64,000 nt of DNA from contig CAVNZM010000009.1 in NCBI GenBank assembly GCA_963693365.1, forward strand, positions 9,157,408 through 9,221,407, written 5' to 3'. The first letter of the stretch is position 1. Each line of letters starts with the position of its first letter. The stretch comes from Amoebidium appalachense. Lineage: Eukaryota; Protista; Ichthyosporea. Both the position numbers and the translations under genes were made by a program. Of this stretch, positions 1 to 10,430 are shown one piece after another. The notes under the pieces were generated by a model. The model was given only the letters and a program-made list of their open reading frames with translations. It searched no databases and was not told the origin of the DNA.

Positions 1-377
1 CACCAGCACCCCCGCTTGACATGCAGCAGGGCCATGTGCTGCACATGCCCCCTGCACCCCATCCAGGCCCGCACCACCCACATGGCTGGCCCCCACCGTG
101 GGGCATCATGCCACCTCAGCCCGGCCCTGCCTTCCCCATGCCTGGGCTACTGCCGCAGCACGGTCCCCATCCTTACTTGGGCCATGTGGGCCAGTCCTCG
201 GCTGGTGGGCAGTTCCCACCCCCTTCTCGTGCATCTGCTGTGCTGGGCCTGCCGTTGCCACCTGCTGGAGAGATGCAGCTGCAATGGGACGATCGAAAGC
301 AAAGTAATCGTGGCCGCAAGTCTGGAGGCAGCCAATCAGGATCTCAGAGTTGTCAGAGTAGCCAAACTAGTGTCTAA
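1..377 (+). CDS. 3' end of a gene entering from upstream; Pro/Gly/His/Gln-rich low-complexity C-terminus
   Basis: Frame is open from the window start (PAPPLDMQQGHVLHMPPAPHPGP...GGSQSGSQSCQSSQTSV*) with stop at 375-377. It is not a simple repeat and is followed by AT-rich sequence. No recognisable domain. Confidence 0.45.
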   Translation, partial: PAPPLDMQQGHVLHMPPAPHPGPHHPHGWPPPWGIMPPQPGPAFPMPGLLPQHGPHPYLGHVGQSSAGGQFPPPSRASAVLGLPLPPAGEMQLQWDDRKQSNRGRKSGGSQSGSQSCQSSQTSV

Positions 378-794
378 TATTGGAATGTACACCAATGTAA
401 CGGATCTCATATGTGTTGTAGCGCTTCACGTTATACCTGTTCTTCGTACAGTCATGTTTGGGGGGGGGAGGGGGGGGGGGGGGGGGGGGGGGGCTAGCTT
501 TCATTCCGTAGTTTAGTGTTAAGAATTAAAATTTAAAATATAAGTAATAGTACAGAGCAGTTGCACTTTTCTCTGTTTGTTAGTAATTCTTTGTGATCGA
601 GAGTATGGTGTGTTAGACTACTGGTGTTAATGTGTCCTGGAAGGTGTATAATGTCTGCTGGCCGCAGTCAGTATTTATTTTTAGGTAATATATATTTATA
701 AATGTTGGCCGCTGGCCAATAAATAGCAAGTAATAAACACACGGTAAAGTCAACAGTGTGCCAAAAAACTAATCCCCAGCGAGCACACCCAGTG

Positions 795-838
<44 letters not shown>

Positions 839-912
839 GTGCGTGCGTGCGTGCATGTGTGTGCACGTGTGCGTGTGCGTGTGCGTGCGTGTGTGCGTGC
901 GTGTGTGTGTGC

Positions 913-965
<53 letters not shown>

Positions 966-1825
966 GTGTGGTGTGTGCGCGGCTTGTACATATGTACGTG
1001 TTCATGTGCACCTGTGTCGGACCGAGGAAGTACATGAAAATAAATTTTAACAGTATCTGCCGGTGTGTATGTGTATGTGTGCCAGTGCAGCAGGTGTGCC
1101 TTGTAACTGATAGCTTTGCAATAGCTTTTTAACGTGTGTGTGTATATAGTAGTACACGGCAGACACTTGCTGATCATTTGGATCGACATTAATATTTAAT
1201 CTGTCGGTCCTCGGTTTTTTGAGTGAATGATGATCAAGTGTAAGAGCATTCACTTGGCAAGTATTAAATGTTGCAGAGACTAGCTGCAGCTGCAAGCGTC
1301 GGATGCACACTGACAATTGTCTTTTCAGCGAGTCTAACCTGCAGGCTGCAGCTGCACACATATAGGGTTGTTATCTTACGGCACATGCACGGTGATCGCT
1401 TCAGAGTAATAGAGTTCAGAGCAATGAAAATAATGAAAATAACTAAACTTTGTGACTACTTTTTAGAGTTGCTGAGATCATACGTGGTGCAAGCTGCACT
1501 GTGAACACATGTACAGTGCTAGTAATTAAAAAAACAATTGTTGCCTTCGGCAGGGTTACCGTGGCTACGTCACGGCCTGCACTCAGGGGGAGGGGGGCGG
1601 GGGGGGGATGATTCGAAGGGGGTTATAAATAAGAACATGCACCTAAAGGTCTTTCCCGTGGATCCTCCCCCCCCTCCCCCCCCCCCCCCCCTCCCACCTC
1701 TCCCCCTCCCCCGGGGCCCCATACTATGATATCTAGGCCCAATACTATATGCCCCTTCCCCCCCCCCCTCTCCGGATCCCCGGACCCCACTTCCCCACCC
1801 GGAGGCTCGAGAGCCTCCCCCCCCT

Positions 1826-1863
<38 letters not shown>

Positions 1864-1899
1864 AGGCTTACGGGGGCCCTTCTTCATTGAGGAGAAGGG

Positions 1900-1933
<34 letters not shown>

Positions 1934-2350
1934 AGGCGGGGGTGGATGCATGTCAGCCTAGATGAATTCAATTGTTTATCTCCAGTCATACAGGACTGGT
2001 CTGAAGGCTTAGGGCCTGTTTGGCAGCACCCCAATAATCGTATTCGTATTTAGGCCCTAAATACTATCTACCGTATTTACAAAATTTATCGTGGTATGCG
2101 TATTTAGGGCCTAAATACGGTTGGTGCCTTCCAAACGCTGTCAGGCGTGACTAGTCACATAAAATGTCGATATGTATACATGGTTCACGAGATCTGATTG
2201 GCCCTATTCGCACCCATTGATCATCCTTCGGTATTCCATGCATATAGACTGGCGCAGCCAGGGTTCGAAGTTACGAAAACAAATCGGAATTTCCGATATT
2301 TGAAAACACAGTTCCGAAAATCGTCCCGGCCGAATCGGAACGCCCAAGAG

Positions 2351-2399
<49 letters not shown>

Positions 2400-2599
2400 C
2401 GCCCCGCCCCGGCCCCCGGGGAGAAGCTTCTCATGACTTCGCAGGTCTCATCATACACGGGGCATACACCACCCACACAAGCTGCACACGTTCGTACGTG
2501 TCTCCCTGTCCCTGTAGAATGTTCAATGGCAGACCCTGACTAGAGCGCCAGCCTAGCACATGTACATGTTGTCACACCAAACACATTTATGCACACACC

Positions 2600-2631
<32 letters not shown>

Positions 2632-3275
2632 GACACACACACACATTTAAACACATACAGCCGTGACACCACATATGCATCATAGCCATGCATGGCCACA
2701 TGAACATACAATGCATATGCCTGCGCATGTATATATAGGCCGGCCTCCACTTCAAAACTTCCTCCCCCCAGAAATCGAGCCCCATTCCCCCCTTCTCCGC
2801 TGCCCATCGTTCCCTCCACCAGTGCTGCCCCTCCTTCTCCCCCACCGCCGCTCCGGCCTCACCCCTCTCCCCCCTCCTCTCAGGCGGATCCCCCCCCCCC
2901 CCCTCCCCCCCCCCCCCCCCCCCACTAGTACTCCCCCCCTCCCCCCCCCCCTTTCCCCCCAGGTTCGAAGGCCTAAACATGGAATGGATCTAGATGCTCA
3001 GAGTCGACGGCCACCAGGTGCAGGTGCCACGTCACGGTGTATCAACGATCAGTGGCACGCGTCTTAAATGGCAGGCAATACACACACTGTGCACCACTGT
3101 GTTCCGTTCAAAGACACACATGCACCCCACATACACAGCCGTGACACCATGGCCACACATGTGACCTAGGCTAGTACACGTGCACGTGCACAGGCACATA
3201 CTATCTCAGATCATGATAACTGTATTTCAAACGTGCACAATGTATCTACCCTGTACAATCATATGCTATGCACCC

Positions 3276-3310
<35 letters not shown>

Positions 3311-3948
3311 CGCACACGCACACACACTTACACCGCACACACAACATGTACACGCGTACGGCGCAAGCACACACACCCCGTACGCGTGGCACACACACAC
3401 GGCATACACAAACACACACACACACACACACACAAGAAACCGTTGGTAAAAACACCCACACCCACACTGGCATGTACACACACACACAGAGACACACACA
3501 CCCTGCATACATACGCACCACACTGCACACACACACACATACATACACACACTACATGCATACACACACACCATAACTGTTGACACAAAACACACACACA
3601 CGTGCACACAATGTCATGCACACACACACACACAAGCACACACACACACACACACGTGCACATGTGCACACATGCACACAACATAGACACACACACACCG
3701 ATTACCGCTGACACAAATACACACACCCACACCTGTACACATACCCACAGACACACACACCGTGCATACATATCCACCACACACGCACACTTGCAATTGG
3801 CAACAAAGAAAAATACTCACACACACACAAACACAAACACAACCACCCAACGTGATTTTCTTTCCCCCCCCCCCCCCCCCCCCTCTGCCCCCCCCCCCCC
3901 AAACATTCGATTTCTGCCTGAGCTTTCCATGTTGCTGCCTCAACTCAC

Positions 3949-4013
<65 letters not shown>

Positions 4014-4106
4014 CTCCCTCCCCTCCCCTCCCCCAGAATTTTTAAATAAAAACAAGGGACACTACATGACGGTTACTAGGTGCTGGTGTGTTGTCAGAGA
4101 TTCAAT

Positions 4107-4493
4107 TTATTTGAAAGAGTTGGCAATATACACACTGTGCACCCTGTTCCAGTCAAAAGCCAGGAAATCTGCCAGAGCCTTCTTTTGGGCTGCTGCCTCG
4201 GCCACCTGGACCTTTTCCAGCTGCTCCTTGGCCCCTTCTACAGTCAACCCTTTCAGTTTGCCCTCTTTAACTAATTTCTTAGCCATTTCTTTCTGAAACT
4301 TAAGCTCAGCTTTCACGTGCTTCACATCTGCCTCTATATCCGGCCCATTCATGGCTATCATGAGCTGATTGTGCACTGTCGGTGTTGTCATACGTGCTTT
4401 GAGAGAAGTCTTAATGATATTCACACCAGAGAAGCCACGTTCGAATTCACTTGTTGCATTACTAATTGGGATTATTTTCACAATGTTAACCAA
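4107..4493 (-). pseudogene. hAT transposase C-terminal dimerisation-domain fragment (ZNF862-like)
   Basis: IIPISNATSEFERGFSGVNIIKTSLKARMT...LMIAMNGP matches the hAT dimerisation motif (P.S.A..ER.FS....IK...R.R....L..LM.I..NGP). The rest of the transposase is absent. Confidence 0.8.
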
Positions 4494-4541
4494 CTCAAGT
4501 TACTAATTGGGATTATTCTCACAATGTTAACCAACTCAAGT
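4460..4541. repeat. 41-bp tandem duplication
   Basis: TACTAATTGGGATTATT(T/C)TCACAATGTTAACCAACTCAAGT x2, at the 5' break of the hAT transposase remnant. Confidence 0.85.
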
Positions 4542-4689
4542 ACAAGTACTCAAGTTTACTGATGCACGACGATTACGATTTTTGGTGGGCCTGCTCCGAC
4601 GGAGCATTCCGATTTTCGAGGAGGTTTTCCGAAACGCGATTTCGACTTCCGTTAATGGGCTCCACCGTCCTTCGAACCCTGGGTGCAGC

Positions 4690-4880
4690 TGTAGTCAGTA
4701 TTACAGCGAACGGCAAAAACGAGTCACCGACAGTGAGTCTTGCTCTGTTTAACAATAGGTTAGAATGCCTGTGTTAATGAAGGGATACTGCCAGTTATTG
4801 CGGTGGCTAGCCTTGCTAGAGACCTCGTTTTACGTCACCAACGTTCGTCCCTGGCATTCCCCACATATCTGAACACATAG
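4690..4880 (-). pseudogene. Possible Harbinger (DDE_Tnp_4-like) transposase remnants
   Basis: Minus-strand peptides WGMPGTNVGDV and HSNLLLNRARLTVGDSF resemble the Harbinger motifs FGMPGS.ND..V and FN...SRAR..VE.AF, in the right order but interrupted by stops and deletions. Confidence 0.35.
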
Positions 4881-5294
4881 TGAGTGTTAAAGTTTGTCCT
4901 TGTCTATGCAGTACTCGTTGTGCCTGCATGTCACCGAGTTTGTACATGTACATGTGATTGTTTTTATTAATGCATATATCGGAGTCCAGTATTGTTTCAA
5001 TGATTATTATGGCATATATATACAGTCTGAGCTTGTGATCATGCACCGTGTAGGGTTCCTCGTCCTCTGTCTTACCTGTGCAGCCCAAATTCATGTGCCA
5101 TGTTAAACTGAGCATGCCACGCAAAATGACGTGTATGACACCGACCTTCTTTTTAACAGTGAATTGTTCACGTGCATGCGCCGGCATGCGTACTGTAGTA
5201 AAAATGTGCCCGCCGCGGCTTACGTTGTACCATTGGCTAGTAATAGCCAATAAATGATGCGAAATGCTCTGATTGGCTAATTTCCTATATCGTA

Positions 5295-5330
5295 TTTACG
5301 AAAATCACCTCCGGAGGTGATTTTCGTAAA
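5295..5330. repeat. Perfect 36-bp palindrome in the Harbinger-like subterminal region
   Basis: TTTACGAAAATCACCTCCGGAGGTGATTTTCGTAAA is its own reverse complement. Confidence 0.9.
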
Positions 5331-5629
5331 CACGGTATAAAAGCAATCCCGATCGTATTTACAAAAAATAAAAGCCCGCGGCGTGTTTGGCATGCCACGG
5401 GATCGTATACGTATTTAGGCCCTAAATACGAATGGGGTTTACGCTGTTTACTCGAGGCAAAGAGAACCAGTCTCAGGTATGGGGGGGGGGGGTTTTGCTC
5501 GGAATATCCCCTCAGCGGTATATCATGATCACGTACATAGATGTCGGGTGGTGACTATATATCAGGGTTTACTTTCTCTACGAGACACCATAAAGACTAC
5601 AAGGAGAAATCAATTAGTTGGGGTTCCCC

Positions 5630-5666
<37 letters not shown>

Positions 5667-5696
5667 GGGCTCCCCTCGGGACACTCGGTATCAGCT

Positions 5697-5752
<56 letters not shown>

Positions 5753-5764
5753 TGTGCGCGTGCG

Positions 5765-8700
5765 CTATAATTTTGTAGTGATGTGTTTCTCAAGCCAATC
5801 AATACATCTAATAAACAGGTCGTAGTTACGCGTGTTTAGTATAAAATCAAGGATGTTGAAATTTACAGGTAGGCTATCTTTCTGGGTGTCTGTTGTGAAT
5901 GTGACGTGTGTGTGTTGCGGTATTATGTGGTCTATCAAACTACATTTGGCGATACATGACCGGTTAAACTGGTGTGTGTGTGTGTTGTTTGGGCATGCAA
6001 ATGATGCCACCTTATACTTATTAGATCTCCACTGTATAGCACGTGTACAGTAAAAGCGTGGTAATTGATCAATAATACCATCAGCTAGAGAAAGACCAGT
6101 TCTACAGGAAGGTAATATGTATTTAGGTGTTATACACTTGCGAGTGCCATATTTGGCAATATGGTTGAGGCGGTCAGTATATATAAAACGAGACATAAGG
6201 CTTAGTTTTTCAAGGTGTATGCTTTCATCGGGTCTAGTGTCGTTTGGTATCTTTTTCCATTTGTTATATTGCGTGATTATCTTGTGATTGTGTACATGTT
6301 TAATAAGTAAGTGGCAGTCCAAAGTCACACACACACTATTGCGGGGTTTATTTGTATTTGTGCCCAGGGGAGAAGGGGAGAGAGAGGGGAGGAAAGAGGG
6401 GAGAGGTGAGGAGGGGACAGGTCGGATAGAGAAGAGAGGGTGGGAGGGCATATACTTCTTTAAGCGGCTTATGTGCTTATTGAATTTCAGCGCGAGATAG
6501 GATACTCTAGCAGCTATTGGGACCAGACCATATATCGAGAGCGTTACAGGCCCAGGTTTACAACAGTTGTTAGATAGAAAGGAGGCAACTTCTGCTTCAA
6601 GGAAATTTGCCAAGGGTTTAAGCGCTCTAGTTCTCTCTTTCTTGATCCAAGCGGCGAGAAGGGGTAAACCATATTCACATGCCGGGAAGACAAAAGTGCG
6701 AATAAATGTAAGTCTAATAGAAGGATGGAGGGGTGTGTCTTTAAAAATATTAGCCGAGAAGAAAGCTAACCGCTTACGAGCCAACTCTACCCTCTTTTCG
6801 ACCATATGGGGAAACATAACACCAACAGAATCAACCGGAACACCAAGATATTTGTATTCTGGAACTATAGGTACAGGTTTAGATGATAATGTAAATGTGT
6901 GTAAATTGTTAGCTATATCAGGTACAAGAACACCACATTTGTCTATGTTAAGGATCATAAGGTTTGCCTTGCACCACTCTGACACTACATCGAACAATCT
7001 TTGCAGGCGTCTAGGGGTACGGGCAAGGAGGGACAGATCATCAGCATAGAGAAGTGCAGGCGGAAAGTTATTAATAGGGTCATCGTTTTCGGCGTAAATC
7101 TTGACAGCCAAATCATCTATAAATAGGTTAAACAAAAAGGGGCTAAGCAATGAGCCCTGCAAGAGACCTCTAGTACGAGCAAAACCATATGAAAGATGCC
7201 CATTAACCACAGCTCTACCATAGGTTTGAGACAAGAGTGCTTCTAACAGAACACCAATGCAGTGTGGTACACCCCGTGCAGCAAGCTTTTCCCATAGGAG
7301 ACCAGGGGAGACAGAATCGTAAGCAGTTTTCCAATCAATAAAGCCAACATATTGTGCACCAACTTGCATAGAATCGTGCAGTGCCATTATTTGAACATAA
7401 CATGAATTGTTTTTACGAAAAGCGGATTGGCATGGGTGTATGTGAAGAATAGATTGAAACCTAGGGTGATGTGCAAATAACCTAAGTAAGCAAGCTTCAA
7501 AGAATCTACGAACAACCTGGGTTAGTGTAATGGGGCGAAAGGATGATATGGGGCCCTCAGAGTCCTTCTTAACTATGGGGATCACTAAGGTATCTAACCA
7601 AGATGACGGGACATGTCCACATTTAACACACCAAGAAAAGAGAGAGCTTAACATGATAGTAAGATCAGGTTTAATAGCACGATCACTTTCCTTTTGTGGG
7701 TAGGAGGGAACAAGGATTTTAAGAAACCCAGCAGGGAGTCCATCAGGTCCACAAGACTTACTAGAGCTATAACTAGATATCACAGACCATATGGCATCGG
7801 GACTGAAAAAGGGGAGGATCGATTCTATGGGGATAGATGGGTCTACAGGCCACACAATAGGTTTCTGAGCGGGGGTCCTATCTTTAAACAGTTCCGAGAA
7901 ATACTTATCAGAGTCTATGAGGGGGTCTCCAGTGGTATCACCAATAATACGAGCAGGGGGGCCAAATCGATTCATACTAGCAAGCCGGCGCAAGCTTTCC
8001 TTTTGAGACAGGGGTTCACCTAGTCTAGCGGGAGTGGTGTTTGGTAACAAGAGAGCATCGGGATATTCCTTCCTACCACCGCCAGCATAATCACCGAGAT
8101 CTATCAAATCATCAACAATAAAGTTAGTGCATGTATCTAGTACGAGATGTGAATCTGGCCTGGCTTGTGCAGATTCTAATAGGCGCATATATATAGGGTG
8201 TTTCGTAGCATAGCATACACATACATCAACTCTACCCCACTGTGACTTAAGCTGGGATAGACGGAGGCGAAAGGTGGGAGGGGGAGGGGGGAGCAGATCA
8301 AGGGAGATCTTAGGTAGGAAAAGGATAGGAGAGTGGTCAGATGACCTAGAGAGGTTAGGAGGGAGAGAGAGTTTTGACATGGTTGATGGCCAAAAGGCCA
8401 CTCCCCAGTCGGTGTTGTGGGCATGGGATATTTGAGGGAACCGCAAAGTGTGACTTTGGACATACCTTGCTAAAGGGATAGCACGCTCCGGGGGCTTAGA
8501 TGGGTACCCGACACTCACTTGCAGTGTGTCTGTGTGGTGGAGTCGCGTGTTAAAATCACCTAAAATAACAGTGGACATTGGTAACTGTGACAACTCGTGA
8601 GTCAATTCGACAACCGACATAGATGGTGGGTAATATACAAAAGTAAAAACATTAGAAAGAAACTCTATAGAAACCGAGAATTCCGTTTTTGCTACCGGTT

Positions 8701-8932
8701 TGCACTTCACTCTCACGTGTGGTGCGGCAAGTACAATAATGCCTCGGTTTTTCGCGTAACCGGGGTGTGTGGATGTGTCGACCAATGTAGAGTTGAATTT
8801 GTGGTGGTTTTTAAACTGTGTTTCGCAAATCACTGTAAACGTGTGGTTGTTTGTCTGTTGTTGTATGTAGCTGATTTTATCGTCGAGTGTCCCGGGGGGG
8901 GAGGCCCTTTTGGGGGCCCAGTGTCCGAGCAT
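5765..8932 (-). CDS. LINE ORF2: APE-type endonuclease + reverse transcriptase + Cys/His C-terminal motif
   Basis: APE motifs VICET, ILGDFN and SSDHSPI. RT motifs KSCGPDG, FRPITL, FIDWKTAYDSV, GLLQGSLLSPFLFNLFIDDL, LLYADD and YKYLGV. C-terminal CPNNTHTHQFNRSCIAKC. The frame is open from 9073; the first ATG after the ORF1 stop is at 8932. Confidence 0.95.
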   Translation of the reverse strand: MLGHWAPKRASPPGTLDDKISYIQQQTNNHTFTVICETQFKNHHKFNSTLVDTSTHPGYAKNRGIIVLAAPHVRVKCKPVAKTEFSVSIEFLSNVFTFVYYPPSMSVVELTHELSQLPMSTVILGDFNTRLHHTDTLQVSVGYPSKPPERAIPLARYVQSHTLRFPQISHAHNTDWGVAFWPSTMSKLSLPPNLSRSSDHSPILFLPKISLDLLPPPPPTFRLRLSQLKSQWGRVDVCVCYATKHPIYMRLLESAQARPDSHLVLDTCTNFIVDDLIDLGDYAGGGRKEYPDALLLPNTTPARLGEPLSQKESLRRLASMNRFGPPARIIGDTTGDPLIDSDKYFSELFKDRTPAQKPIVWPVDPSIPIESILPFFSPDAIWSVISSYSSSKSCGPDGLPAGFLKILVPSYPQKESDRAIKPDLTIMLSSLFSWCVKCGHVPSSWLDTLVIPIVKKDSEGPISSFRPITLTQVVRRFFEACLLRLFAHHPRFQSILHIHPCQSAFRKNNSCYVQIMALHDSMQVGAQYVGFIDWKTAYDSVSPGLLWEKLAARGVPHCIGVLLEALLSQTYGRAVVNGHLSYGFARTRGLLQGSLLSPFLFNLFIDDLAVKIYAENDDPINNFPPALLYADDLSLLARTPRRLQRLFDVVSEWCKANLMILNIDKCGVLVPDIANNLHTFTLSSKPVPIVPEYKYLGVPVDSVGVMFPHMVEKRVELARKRLAFFSANIFKDTPLHPSIRLTFIRTFVFPACEYGLPLLAAWIKKERTRALKPLANFLEAEVASFLSNNCCKPGPVTLSIYGLVPIAARVSYLALKFNKHISRLKKYMPSHPLFSIRPVPSSPLPSFLPSLSPSPLGTNTNKPRNSVCVTLDCHLLIKHVHNHKIITQYNKWKKIPNDTRPDESIHLEKLSLMSRFIYTDRLNHIAKYGTRKCITPKYILPSCRTGLSLADGIIDQLPRFYCTRAIQWRSNKYKVASFACPNNTHTHQFNRSCIAKCSLIDHIIPQHTHVTFTTDTQKDSLPVNFNILDFILNTRNYDLFIRCIDWLEKHITTKL

Positions 8933-8952
8933 TCCAGAAGAAGAAGGATAAA

Positions 8953-10137
8953 TTAGGCATCGGTTTGGTCCGACACCTGTGGGGTTGGTTCCCACTTGTC
9001 GCTTACGGGGTCGTATGCACGACCTTCCGCCAGCGCGAACAGTTCGCAGAAGAGCTCGATTTCCATCTCGCATCGGCGTTTGCGCTCGAGCAGTTTCTCA
9101 CCAGAAAACATTGGTTCCTTCGTGTCCGTGTCTATCACGCTCGTAGCATCGTTTTCCAACTTTGCGAGGAACTCTTTTGCCTTGCTGATGCGTACACGAC
9201 AACGTGTGGCGCACGCATTCTTAGCAGACACTTTACGTTCTTTGTCTGCTTTCTGAATGTTTTCCGGCGCGCATGGGTCGTAGCTTGGGAGGTGGGTGAA
9301 GAAGCTTCCACACCCCTTTGTCGCGTCACGGATGAACGCACGGTTATAGTCGCCCCGTACTGCTACTTCCAGCACATCGTATCCAATGAAGGACAGACAA
9401 AGGATGCGAGAGCACCGGAAGCCGAGAGCCTTGAAGATGGACCACATGGCCCTGTGTGGGCGTCTGCCGTGCTTGACTTTGAAATACACCCTCTCGTATT
9501 TGGGTGGGATGTTGATGTTACCGTTTGCTTGGGTGTTCCCCTTAGCCGGCGGTTTGGGAGGGGAGTTGCGGCGGTACTCGTTGCCTGCAAGAATGCTGGC
9601 ATATGTTTCCTTGGCAATTTGGCGGAGCTCGGGTGTTTTACGAGAGTTCGCATATTCTAGGAACTCTGCCGGGAGCTGTGCTTCCGGTCCTGTGTTGTTT
9701 TGTGTTGGGGTGGAAATGTCTCCGTCGCGAGATGTTTGCTCATGAGTTTTGGGGTTTTGCGATCCACTAATGTTTAGCTGGGCTGTGAGTGAATCAATGG
9801 TGAGCTTGAGTTGGGTATTTTCTGTTTGGAGTTTTTCTATCATGTTCTTGAGTGGTAACAGCTCATTTAGCTGTTTCTTAACGAGGGCAAGTTCTGCCAG
9901 TACTGTATCAACCGAAAGTTTCGGCATGGTTGTTATTGTGTTTCTACGGAGTGGTGTGGTGTTATTCTGAATGGGTAGTGTATTGTAAATAGGTGTTGCG
10001 CTTAGTCTAAGGCGATGTTTTTCTGGTTGTGCATCTGTGGTAGGTGTATCTGCTGGACGTTTTAATGGTCGCACATGTGTGATGGGTGTAGATGGAACTT
10101 TGAAAGAGGTTCTGAAACGATTATAGGCATGTGCCAT
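8953..10137 (-). CDS. LINE ORF1 protein (coiled-coil plus possible RNA-binding domain), 394 aa
   Basis: Uninterrupted ORF directly upstream of ORF2, with a heptad coiled-coil (LAELALVKKQLNELLPLKNMIEKLQTENTQLKLTIDSLTAQL) and the ORF1-typical TYASIL motif. Confidence 0.85.
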   Translation of the reverse strand: MAHAYNRFRTSFKVPSTPITHVRPLKRPADTPTTDAQPEKHRLRLSATPIYNTLPIQNNTTPLRRNTITTMPKLSVDTVLAELALVKKQLNELLPLKNMIEKLQTENTQLKLTIDSLTAQLNISGSQNPKTHEQTSRDGDISTPTQNNTGPEAQLPAEFLEYANSRKTPELRQIAKETYASILAGNEYRRNSPPKPPAKGNTQANGNINIPPKYERVYFKVKHGRRPHRAMWSIFKALGFRCSRILCLSFIGYDVLEVAVRGDYNRAFIRDATKGCGSFFTHLPSYDPCAPENIQKADKERKVSAKNACATRCRVRISKAKEFLAKLENDATSVIDTDTKEPMFSGEKLLERKRRCEMEIELFCELFALAEGRAYDPVSDKWEPTPQVSDQTDA

Positions 10138-10242
10138 GACATGGATGGGGGTGTTCCCCGGCCCTTAGGGCCACGGATGGCCTGGTTTAGGGGTGGATGC
10201 GCGAAGGATACTATTTATTAGCAGATAATAAAGAGCGACATT

Positions 10243-10430
10243 TGAATCGATGTGTGCGACTGAATCGATGTGTGCGCGACTGAATCGATGTGTGCGCGAC
10301 TGAATCGATGTGCGCGACTGAATCGATGTGCGCGACTGAATCGATGTGCGCGACTGAATCGATGTGCGCGACTGAATCGATGTGCGCGACTGAATCGATG
10401 TGCGCGACTGAATCGATGTGCGCGACTGAA
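10243..10430 (-). repeat. Tandem array of ten 18-20-bp monomers at the LINE 5' end
   Basis: Units TGAATCGATGTG(TG)CGCGAC start at 10243, 10261, 10281, 10301, 10319, 10337, 10355, 10373, 10391 and 10409. Confidence 0.92.

Larger units (their letters stand above)
2259..4681 (-). mobile_element. Non-autonomous hAT DNA transposon (2.4 kb)
   Basis: Perfect 12-bp TIRs CAGGGTTCGAAG (2259-2270) / CTTCGAACCCTG (4670-4681). 8-bp TSD GGCGCAGC (2251-2258) / GGTGCAGC (4682-4689, one CpG->TpG change). Contains a hAT dimerisation-domain fragment. Confidence 0.9.
5432..10428 (-). mobile_element. Full-length non-LTR retrotransposon (LINE) with ORF1 and APE-RT ORF2
   Basis: Two long ORFs, a 5' tandem monomer array and a candidate 7-bp TSD AATACGA (5425-5431 / 10429-10435). 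Removing the element restores a Harbinger end that mirrors the left end. Confidence 0.88.

Noticed and set aside
668-1189. Hundreds of ORFs translating to poly-HT, poly-CV, poly-P, poly-G or poly-ER, here and throughout the window
   Set aside because: They are translations of microsatellites and homopolymers, not genes.
1540-1590. TGCCTTCGGCA hairpin as a Helitron/Helentron end
   Set aside because: No CTRR terminus or partner end was identified, and it is too short to support a call.
8887-9660. 257-aa plus-strand ORF
   Set aside because: Antisense shadow of LINE ORF1 with no recognisable motifs.
10243-10430. Possible CRISPR array
   Set aside because: The units are directly adjacent with no spacers, there are no cas genes, and the context is a eukaryotic LINE 5' end.
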